Assembly: GCA_051294375.1 (NCBI GenBank)
Contig: JBJCIZ010000015.1
Span: forward strand, 1 to 16,783
Reading direction: 5' to 3'
Origin: Paraspadella gotoi
Taxonomy: Eukaryota; Animalia; Chaetognatha
DNA: 16,783 nucleotides
In this document: positions 7,640 to 16,783 of the stretch, piece by piece
Layout of the letters: every line of letters starts with the position of its first letter
How positions within the stretch are numbered: the stretch's first letter is position 1
Position numbers and translations under genes: made by a program
The notes under the pieces: generated by a model
Database searches by the model: none
What the model saw: only the letters and a program-made list of their open reading frames with translations
Told to the model about the DNA's origin: nothing

Positions 7640-9455
7640 TCACTATGAAATAAATCGTTGTTTAAATCCTCTTCAAACTTTGTTCTAAATTAAATTATTC
7701 ATAAATTCATTTAGATACTATTTTACTATATAATAATATTGTTAATTGTTAATTAATTTACTTGATTAACAAATTATTAACAAGTTTAAATTATAAACAT
7801 TGTGTGAACTTGTTTATTGCATTTTTAGATTTAGAAAAAATTTTTTATGTTAACAAAAAAATTAAATGAATTTGTTAACAATTTTATTTTTATCGTTGTT
7901 AACAAATTCATTAAATTTTCTTTGTAATCTCTAAAAACAACTAAAAAGAAAGGATCAAACCATGAAGATGTTAAACATTTTTTTAATAAAAAAAGTTTTT
8001 CTAAAGTTTAAATTAAAAATTTTAATTAAAATATAAATCATTTCTATCCTAGCATCCCACGTAAGTCCCTCCCCTAGCCCTAACCTCCGCTTCACGTCCA
8101 AGGCCAAGCATGAACCTTGAACCTATCATCGCCCATAAAACTTTTCCCATCTGTAACTTTCCAGTTGGGTATAACTACAACAACCTTGTTGATCATAATG
8201 CTAACTTTTACTTATTCAACCTGAATTACAACTACCTCAAATGTTAAAACTAAACATTAACCCTTAACCTAATTTTGCTAAAATTGCCATAACTAAAACA
8301 TTAGTTTCAGTTCATTAACAAAATTATTATTTTCTATGCGATATCGCATAAAATCTGGATAGTGGATATCATTTGAATAATTATTACTTTGTTGTAACAA
8401 TTTCATTACATGATTAAAAAAATTTATGAATTGCATTGTTTTTAAGATGAATCTTTAAAAAAAACTTTTTAGAAATAGGTCACAATTTTTTTAATGCTTT
8501 TAATTATAAAAAATTAATTAACTATGTTAATTAACTTAAAAAAACATTTAAAATTATCAAATATTTTTATTATCATGATTAAAATATGTAATTCTTAAAA
8601 AAATAGTAAATTATCATTTGAAAATATTAAAAAAAAAAATTTTTTAAATTTAGCTCTTTAACACCCCTGGCTTAAAGCTTTAAACTAATATTTTTTTGTG
8701 AATGAATGTTTTAAAAATAGTTAAATATGATTAATTAAAAGCATTATCATTAGTAATTAACTTGATTAATGATAATTATATTAAAAAAATTACTGAAAAA
8801 AAAAATCTCATAAATGGTAAAATTCCATATTTTGGCTCTTTAACACCCCTGGTTCGGGCGAAAAAGTTTTTTTTTTAATAAAACTTTTTTAGTTAAAAGG
8901 AGCTTGAAAAACCGAACAGAATGACACCCAGACTGGTTGTTTATTTAAAACATTGTCGGATTCAAATGTGTCTACTAAATATCAATCAGAATAATATTTT
9001 TTTAAATATATATTTACTTTATTATTTTATTTTACTTTACTTCATTTTACTTCACTTTAGTCTTTACTTCACTTCGTCAGTCTGATTCAAGTTTCACTTT
9101 ATCTTTTGTCTGGGAATGTTGACAGTGTTTAGAGAGGTCGCATTCGATCAAACTGCTGCTCGCTTATGCGGGCTAAAAGTAAAAAAAAAATACTTTCAAT
9201 GATGTCTCTCCAGACTTAGCACTTGCTAAAAATTAAACTCGAAAATAGGTTATTTTACTGTTTTATATTTATTATTCTTTATTTTATTTTTTAATTTTTT
9301 TTATTTTATTTTTATTTTCTTTATTTTTCTCAAATTTGATTTTTTTAGTATCAAAATTTGATGTCAATCCAGATTTTTCATATGCGATTGCGACGATCTT
9401 TATGCTTTTAAGATTTTTATTAACTTGTTCATTACGTCATATTAATTTGTTGCAG

Positions 9456-9517
9456 GTTAACTATACTCGATGGCTTTGCTATTGCCACGTGCCGACTTTT
9501 TGCGATTCACTCGATAG
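9456..9517 (+). CDS. Gcn5: Gcn5/PCAF exon
   Basis: TTGCAG acceptor, GTAATT donor. Encodes VNYTRWLCYCHVPTFCDSLD(R), matching NYTRWLCYC.VPQFCDSL of KAT2A/B. Phase 0 to 2. No next exon found in the window. Confidence 0.96.
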
Positions 9518-9563
9518 GTAATTGTAATTAATGAATGAGTAATAGACAAGAAAGTTGCTTCCA

Positions 9564-12511
9564 TTTTTATCGAGCCAGGATAGGCTTCGCCTGGTCCTGG
9601 CTCTATAATGTTTTAGGTTTGCTTCTTTGTGACGTAGTCGTCGTTGTCGGCGTCACGCTGTTTTTATATAAAAACTACTATGCTTTTATAGGTTTGGTTG
9701 TGACTTACCATTTTTTTTTTCAATAAAAATTATTATGAATTATGATAAAGTTTTACAAAAGTGTGCGATCATAGTAAATAAAAAAATTAGATATGTCTTC
9801 TCATCTTGAAATAGCTTTGATATTTTCTTATTACATTTAAATTTAAGTATTTTTTGTTTGAATTTCCACTTCATTATGATTTACTGCAATATGCAAATGA
9901 GATTATAGTACTCATTATAATATCCAAATAGTATATAGAAATGCTTTAATCTAATTTACATATTGCAGTATATAATATTGAAGATGAAATTCAAAAAAAT
10001 TTTTTTAAATCTCTAACAAAAATGGGAACTCAAAGGATTTTTTTAATGAGAAGCTATATCTTAATTTTAATACAAATAAAAATAAAATCTTTTACAAGCT
10101 GCGATTGGAAAAAATTTAAAAAATTTCCAATTGTAAACAATCGTAACATATTTTTTCCTTCGTTTTTTAAAAAAATTCTGATTATTTTTTTCCTTCTAAA
10201 AACTTTTATTATTACCATTTATTCCGCGCTTTTTTCTCAATACAAAATCCCAAATTTACATCTGAGATTTTCATGGATTTTTTGGAGAAAATATGAAGAA
10301 TATCTTACTTGACCTGGATATCAACAAACAATGTCGAGGAACATGACCTAATAACCCGTTTTGATGGCAACGGAAACGTTACATGTATAAAAAAAATCAA
10401 CTTGACCGAGATCACGTCGCCATTGCTAGGCAACGGATAACCGATAAAAACGAGTGACCTAATATTGCGTATCGTTGGCGGGAAAACTGTCTCTCTCTCT
10501 CTCTCTCTTTCTGTCTCTTTCTCTCTTTGCGTGATCGTTCGTTTTTTGAAAAATTCTGATTATTTTTTTCCTTCTATTATTCCATTATTCCTATTATTCC
10601 ATTATTCTATTATTCCCTTTTATTATCGCCATTTATTCTCGATACAAAATCCCAAATTCACATCCGAGATTTTCGTGGATACATTTGAGAAAAAGTGAAT
10701 AATAACTTAAAATGCCATGCAATGTCACATAAGCTTCTGCTAATGTGAGAGGTAGGCAATATCTTCCTAAAAAAAGAACAATCTAAAATTTCATTCAAGA
10801 TAATTTTTTTTTAAAATGAGGAAATAAATTTTTTTTTTGATAAGTAAAAAAATATTTGGAAGTCAAAAATATCATAGTCGTTAACTGAGTATTTTCAACT
10901 ATATATTTTGTTAATAGGGATTATAATTTTTTGATTTTTATTATTGAAAATAGTTTAGCTTTATCGCGACAAGTTTTCATTTCATACAATCAATATCAAT
11001 CTCATTCATTTTTAATAATATGCAAATAGTTAAGGTTTTCAACCTCATTTTGAACTAGATGAACAAAAGTCTTCAGTCTTTATGCTTAATCACACACTTA
11101 CAAAACAATTTTATTTCTATCACGTTCTAAATATTTGTTTGCAGTCTCTCTCTGTCTCTCTCTCTGTGTGTCTTTCTCTCTCTGTGTATCTCTGTCTCTC
11201 TCTCTGTGTCTGTCTCTCTCTGTATGATCTCTTGCGTGATCGTTCGTTTTTTGAAAAATTCTGATTATTTTTTTCCTTCTAAAAACTTTATTATCGCCAT
11301 TTATTCCGCGCTTTTTTTTTTCAATACAAAATCCCAAATTTATGTCTGAGATTTTCGGGGATTTTTTTGAGAAATGTGAAGAATAACTTACTTGACTGGA
11401 TTTCGTGGCCGTGCAGGCAACGAGTAACAATGTCAAGGAACATGACCTAAAAACGCGTTTTGATGGCAACGGAAACGTTACGTGTATAAAAGGATCAACT
11501 TGACCGAGATCACGCCGCCGTTGCGAGGCAACAGATAACCGATATAATTGGAAAGAAATTCGGTTTTCTTTTATTTCTCTCTCTCTCTCTCTCTCTCTGA
11601 TTATTTTTTTTTTTATTATCACCATTTATTCCGCGCTTTTTACTCTTTACCTGGATTTCGTGGCCGTTGCGAGGCAACGAGTAAACAATGTCAAGGAACA
11701 TGACCTAATGACGCGTTTCGCGTTCTCTCTCTCTCTGTGTCTCTCTCTTTCTCTCTCTCTCTCTCGCGTGATCGTTCTTTTTTTTTTTACAAAAAAAAAA
11801 ATTTTAGTCACTTTTTTTTCACAAGGCGACGAGTAAACGAGTAAACTAGTTCCGGCTCTGTTCAGCTTCTTTCTCTCTCTTTACGGTCTCTTACGTGATC
11901 GTTTGTTTTTTCATTATTTTTTTCCTTCTAAAAACTTTTATTATCGCCATTTATTTGGGGCTTTTTTCTCAATACAAAATCCCATATTTACATCCGAGAT
12001 TTTCGTGGATGAATTTTAAAAAAAGTGAAGAATAACCTATAATGACATGCATTGTCACATGTAAATCAGCTAATGTGACCTGTTATATATGCGGCACTAT
12101 CGCTGAATAATATAATTGCATGCATCACGTTTTTAAAAAAAAATTATTTTTTTTATTTATTATTGTAAATTTGGACCGGTTGGCCCACTATTGGCAAATT
12201 ATATCTAAAATAGTCAAATTAAACATTACTTTTTTTGTTATTCTGATAATTTGTACTATTATTAAATTTATAAATATTTTTAGTGTATATATTTAATCAT
12301 TTTTGTCTTTTTTTTAAATAATAATTGTTTGAGTTGCGATAACTATTTATAAATTAGTTAAATATGCAAATATAAAATTTGACCTCGGTCTGGTTTCTTC
12401 CTAAAAAAAGAACAATCTAAAATTTAATTCAAGATTAAAATTTTTTAAGATGAGGAAATAAATTTTTTTTTGATAATTAAAAAAATATTTGGAAGTCAAA
12501 GATATTATAGT
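9564..12511 (+). mobile_element. Helentron-associated (HINE/DINE-1-like) non-autonomous element, copy 1
   Basis: T-run start TTTTTATCGAG, GC-rich hairpin 9572-9603, (GTC)n-like microsatellite 9636-9653, then internal repeated modules with (CT)n tracts (near 10160, 10530, 11236, 11600, 11895). The first ~570 bp recur at 12778-13350. 3' end approximate. Confidence 0.65.
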
Positions 12512-12519
12512 GAAAATAG

Positions 12520-12642
12520 TTATAATAGTTATATAATAGTAATAGTTATAATATAATATAATATAGTAATAATAATATAAAATATAAAATAATATAACAC
12601 ATATAATATATATAATATAATATATAAGATAATATAATAAAT
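12520..12642. repeat. AT-rich low-complexity tract (ATAAT/ATAT-like)
   Basis: Almost entirely A/T, lying between the two HINE-like copies. Confidence 0.85.
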
Positions 12643-12777
12643 AAGACTGTGAGAGAGTCTTGATTGAAAGCTTGGCAGAAACCTGCTATGGTATTATCTT
12701 GTAAGTGTGATGGAGCGCTTAAAACAAAGCCTGTCCAAAGTCAGGCAAGATAGCTTATTTATTAAATGAATGGATAA

Positions 12778-14915
12778 TTATCGAGGCCTTGACCGGCGAA
12801 GCCGGTCAAGGCTATAAATGTTTTAGGTTGCTTCTTTGTGACGTCGTCGTCGTCGTGGTCACGCTGTTTCAATATATAAAAACTACTACGCTTTTATAGG
12901 TTTGGCTGTGACTTACCGTTTTTTTTTAAAATAAAAATTAATTAATGAATTATGATAAAGTTTTACAAAAGTGTGCATCATAGTAAGTTAAAAATTTAGA
13001 TATGGTTTTTCATCTTGAAATAGCTGTGATATTTTCATATTACATTTGGATTTAAGTATTTTTTGTTTGAATTTCCACTTCATTATGATTTACTGCATAT
13101 GCAAATGAGATTATAGTACTCATATAATATCCAAATTAGTATTAGAAATGCTTTAAGCTAATTTACATATTGCAGTATATAATATTGAAGATGAAATTCA
13201 AAAAATTTTTTTTAAATTTCTAATAAAAATGGGAACTCAAAGGATTTTTTTTAATGAGAAGCTATATCTTAATTTTAATACAAATAAAAATAAAATCTTT
13301 TACAAGCTGCGATTGAAAAATTGGAAAAGTTTCCATTGTAAACCATTGTAAACATTTTTTGCCTTTCTTTTATTTATTTTTTAATTATATATATTTTTTT
13401 TAGGCGCTGCCTTTTCTGATAGTTTAAAACGAGTTCAGTTTCTCTCTGTCTCTCTTTGTGTGCGATCTCTTGCGTGATCGTTCGTTTTTTTGAAAATTCT
13501 GATTATTTTTTTCTTTCTAAAAACATATATATTTGATCAGGCGCTGCCTTTTCTGAATCGTTTAAAAAAAACGAGTTCAGGCCTCTCTCTCTCTCCCTCC
13601 GTCTCCTCGTCTCTCTCTCTCTCTCTCTCTTTTTTTTTTTTACAAAAAAAAAATATTCACTTTGTTTTACCACCGTTTTTTGAAAATTCTTATTATTTCT
13701 TTCCTTCTAAAAACTTTTATTATCGCCATTTATTCCGCGCGCTTCTTTCTCAATACAAAATCCCAAATTTACATCTGAGATTTTCGTGGATTTTTTGAGA
13801 AAATGTGAAGAATAACTAACTTCAACCTGGATTTCGTGGCCGTTGCGGGCAACGAGTAAACAATGTCGAGGAACATGACCTAATAACGCGTTACGGCGTA
13901 TAAAAAAAAATCAACTGACGAGATCACGCCGATATAAACAAGCAGTGAGGACCTAATATTGCGTATCGTTGGCGGGAAAACTTTCTCTCTCTCTCTCTCT
14001 CTCATCTTTCTCCCTCCTTCTCTCCTCTCTATCTTTTCTCTCTCTCCTCTCCTCACTCTCTCTCTCTTTTTCTCTTTTACAAAAAAATTTATTCACTTGT
14101 AACGAGTAAACAGTGGTTCCGGCTCTCTCTCTCTCTCTCTCTCTCTGCTTATCTATCTTTCTTCTTTTTCATTCTTTTTTTGTACAAAATTTTTAGTCAC
14201 TTTTTTTACCTCCGTCATGCGCGACGAGTAAACGATTCCGGCTCTCTCTATCTCTCTCTCTCTCTCTTTTTTTTTACAAAAAAAATTTTTTGTCACTTTT
14301 TTTTTGCACTCTCTCTCTCTCTCTCTCTCTCTGTCCTCTCTCTCTATGTAACGACGTTTTTTTTGAAAATTCTTATTATTTTTTTCCTTCTAAAAACTTT
14401 TATTATCGCCATTTATTTTTTTTTTCTATACAAAATCCCAAATTTACATCCGAGATTTTCAGGATTCCTTTTAGAAAAAAAGGAAAAATAATTATAATGC
14501 AGGCAATGTCAACATGTCATCAGCATTGCTGCGTACATATAGCTGCTATATGTCCGGCAATTGGCGGATTAATTTAATTACATATAATACATTTCTAAAC
14601 AAAAAAAATTTTTTTTTGTTTTTGTTTATTACTGTAACTTTGGACCGGTGGCCCACTATTGGCAAATTATATTAAAATAGGAGTTGAGAAGAGAGATATA
14701 GTCAATTAAACATTATTTTTTTTGTTATTCTAATAATTTTTACATATTTAAAATTGTAAATTTTTTTTAGTGTATATATTTAATCATTTTTATTCTTTTT
14801 TAAAATAATAATTGAGTTGGGATAAAAATATTTATAATTAGTTAAATATGCAAATATGAAATTTGACCTCGTCTGGTTTCTTCTAAAAAAAAAGAACAAT
14901 CTAAAATTTTCATTT
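12778..14915 (+). mobile_element. HINE/DINE-1-like element, copy 2 (may extend to ~15848)
   Basis: TTATCGAG start, perfect 12-bp hairpin GCCTTGACCGGC-GAA-GCCGGTCAAGGC (12786-12812), (GTC)n at 12843-12854, same internal modules as copy 1. 14590-14915 matches about 12130-12430. A possible 3' subTIR plus small hairpin lies at 15821-15843. Confidence 0.65.
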
Positions 14916-15174
14916 CAAAGGAAAGGAAAAGAGTTCGTCCCTACTCTAGATACGTCGAAAAACGAGTTCGTCTGCAGGGCGGTCGCAGCTTCTGATTAAC
15001 TCTTATATAAACGAGAGTGAAAATGACCAGCCTCTTCACTCTTTCTTCTCTTCTCTCTCTCTCTCTCTCTCTCTCTTTTCATTCATACACGCATTTTGTT
15101 TGTTTTATTTAGCGATGAATGACTCATCGCGTCAATGAATGACTATCATCGCAATCAATAATGAATTAATCATT

Positions 15175-15320
15175 CAATTTTTTCAAACTTGCAAATATTT
15201 AACTTCATAATTTTTTAAAAAAAAACTGCAAATAATTTTTTTTTCAAATTTGTATAATTTTTTTTAACTTGCAATAATTTTTTTCAACTTGCAATAATTT
15301 TTTTTTCCAAAACTTGCAAA
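15175..15320. repeat. Degenerate minisatellite AACTTGCAATAATTTTTTT
   Basis: About 5-6 degenerate units of roughly 20-25 bp. Confidence 0.7.
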
Positions 15321-15848
15321 TTAGATTATAGTACTTTCATTAATTTTCTTTGGATATAAGGTCTGGCTGAGATCAATATACTTTAAGATTTTTCCTAAAA
15401 AACAAAACTGATTGAAGAGTTGCAAGCCTAAACGAACTGCATAATATGATTAAAATTTGAATTAGCAATCTTAAACATTTGTAAATGTTCAATTTGGGAA
15501 ATAATATTATGTGGTCTACTACGATAATCCTTCGTCTTCAACTCATCATTTTCGACGCTACAAGAGAGACATTTTGATAAACGGCGTTCCCATTATGAAG
15601 ATTCAGGTTAAAGTTTAAAAACGTTTCTTTTTCAAGTGATAACAAGTTGAAATTTAAAAATGGGTCTATTAACATTTTTCTAATTCAATAATACAAATAT
15701 TATTTTAATTGTTTTTTGAAATTTTGGTAACATGGCCGAGTGAAGTGGGAGAAAGAATCCAGTAAAGTTATACCAAAAATGTAAATAATATTATCTCTCG
15801 CCTAAATTCCATTCTCATATGGTCCGCCTCGCCACGAAATGGCCCTTT

Positions 15849-16559
15849 TGTTCCGCAGCTAGTCCGATAGATCGCGCGTTTATCAAGAGTAAGAAAACGA
15901 ACAAATAACATCGAAAGATAAAAAAAGAAAATCCAGGGGGGAAGCCGTCACGTGACCGGCCTCGACCAATGGGAAGCCCGGCAAATCCAAGCCGGCTCCC
16001 TCCTCAATCCGGGAATACGAAGACTCAATTCTTTTTTCGCGCTCATCTTAGTTCGGTTTTGTACCTTTCCTGATTTCGCGTTTTTTTCTGACTTTTTCAC
16101 GATTTCTCGTATATCTACGTTCGAAAACCCGCTCATTAGAAGTCATCAAGTAGAGACGAACCCGTTCGACAAGAAAGTCCGACAAGCCGAAAAACGTTCG
16201 GACATGTCCTCGTAAACGTAGAGAGGGACTGGAGATCCCTCGGGGGCTTGAGAGGTCCAAAAGAGAAGACCGAGCGGTCCCTCGCCCCCGCCGCCCTGAC
16301 TCCAACACCGACACCTGCCTTCTCCCCCTTTTCCGTGGTTTTCGGCAGCCCCGATTCCGTGGTTTTGGGGACTCGGCCCGTACCAACCGACAATTTTCCC
16401 GTGCCCCCGGCCGAGCGGTGGGGCTTTGTCCGAGGCGCCCTCCTCTCGCTGCTCTCGACCATGTTGGCGGCCCGGTCTGGTCATCCCCCACTGCCGGATT
16501 GACGTGAACCAGAGGACTGGAGTCTGTCCCTTATCGACGATGGTTTCGTCAACTGAACA
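15849..16559. mobile_element. Probable solo LTR, BEL/Pao-like (711 bp)
   Basis: GC-rich block starting TGTTCCG and ending CTGAACA (TG...CA, 6 of 7 terminal inverted match). Flanks CCTTT (15844-15848) and GCTTT (16560-16564) form a 5-bp TSD with one mismatch. TGTT...AACA ends with 5-bp TSDs are common in BEL/Pao. Confidence 0.6.
15947..15970 (+). promoter_or_regulatory. Palindromic E-box GTCACGTGAC followed by CCAAT box in the putative LTR
   Basis: GTCACGTGAC at 15947-15956 and CCAAT at 15966-15970. Motif match only. Confidence 0.4.
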
Positions 16560-16783
16560 GCTTTAGGAAGGAATTCGACGATTTTCGCCGGCGAGTCTCA
16601 GCGGCGTTTCGACGCTTTGGGGCGGTGAGTTTTTTCCGCCAGATGGCGTAGTGGGGTTTTAAGCTCGTTTTTTCAAAAAAACGCCTCGCCTCTTTTGTTT
16701 CTCCGCTTATTTTCTTCTTTCTTTTTTCGACTTTTCGATTTTTGGAATTTTAGAAATTTTTATTTCGTCTTATTCGATCGGAA

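Larger units (their letters stand above)
6063..7696 (+). mobile_element. 5'-truncated Penelope-like element with inverted 5' pseudo-LTR
   Basis: Arms 6063-6582 and 7180-7696 are near-perfect reverse complements (~520 bp, including GA/CT microsatellites). The spacer encodes a GIY-YIG C-terminus and each arm carries a minimal hammerhead motif. Inverted pLTRs and hammerheads are established PLE features. Confidence 0.92.
3364..8974. mobile_element. ~5.6-kb non-autonomous long-TIR (fold-back-like, possibly hAT) element hosting nested insertions
   Basis: Diverged inverted arms of about 600 bp (3364 to ~3960, ~8360 to 8974). Left terminus TAAACACATTTGAATCCGACA; right terminus reverse complement TAGACACATTTGAATCCGACA. 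Shared block AACCAGTCTGGGTGTCATTCTGTTCG and a twice-repeated GGGTGTT(G/A)AAG motif in each arm. Right flank CTAAATAT (8975-8982) also occurs at 3345-3352, 11 nt outside the left end, so the TSD is only tentative. Confidence 0.8.

Noticed and set aside
8046-8295. C-rich stretch with CCCTAACC/CCTTAACCTAA as interstitial telomeric repeat
   Set aside because: Only isolated degenerate hexamers, no tandem array.
10022-14577. Multiple 60-175 aa ORFs rich in F/L/S or E/R/K
   Set aside because: They are translations of (CT)n/(GA)n tracts and repeated AT-rich modules, with no protein motifs.
15844-15895. CCTTTTGTTCCGCAG as acceptor for the next Gcn5 exon
   Set aside because: The required phase 2 gives an immediate TAG, and no frame resembles the expected YETT.VFGR.LL continuation.
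15948-16502. Overlapping ORFs on both strands in the GC-rich block
   Set aside because: Low-complexity products with no recognisable domain; expected by chance in GC-rich LTR-like DNA.

Overview
AT-rich animal (invertebrate-like) genomic DNA. It carries the 5' part of a Gcn5/PCAF (KAT2) histone acetyltransferase gene on the + strand: six phase-compatible GT-AG exons (221-327, 428-569, 635-735, 813-996, 2539-2744, 9456-9517) encoding most of the PCAF N-terminal domain, plus a possible upstream micro-exon. The ORF track catches only pieces of three of these exons. Three tiny introns (100, 65, 77 nt) are followed by introns of 1542, 6711 and >7266 nt made largely of transposon-derived DNA. The 1542-nt intron holds a hAT-type MITE with a perfect 8-bp TSD inserted in a 71-bp tandem array. 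The 6711-nt intron holds a ~5.6-kb long-TIR element; nested in it are a DIRS-like gag fragment inside a ~480-bp inverted repeat and a 5'-inverted Penelope-like element with a GIY-YIG tail and two minimal hammerhead ribozyme motifs. The last intron holds two tandem Helentron/HINE-like repeats and a probable BEL/Pao-type solo LTR. I see no convincing new protein system. The most unusual aspects are the nested inverted repeats in the Gcn5 pre-mRNA, the sense intronic hammerhead with its own antisense copy upstream, and an apparent template-switch scar beside the DIRS-like fold-back. Family calls come from remembered motifs and alignment by eye, not database searches.
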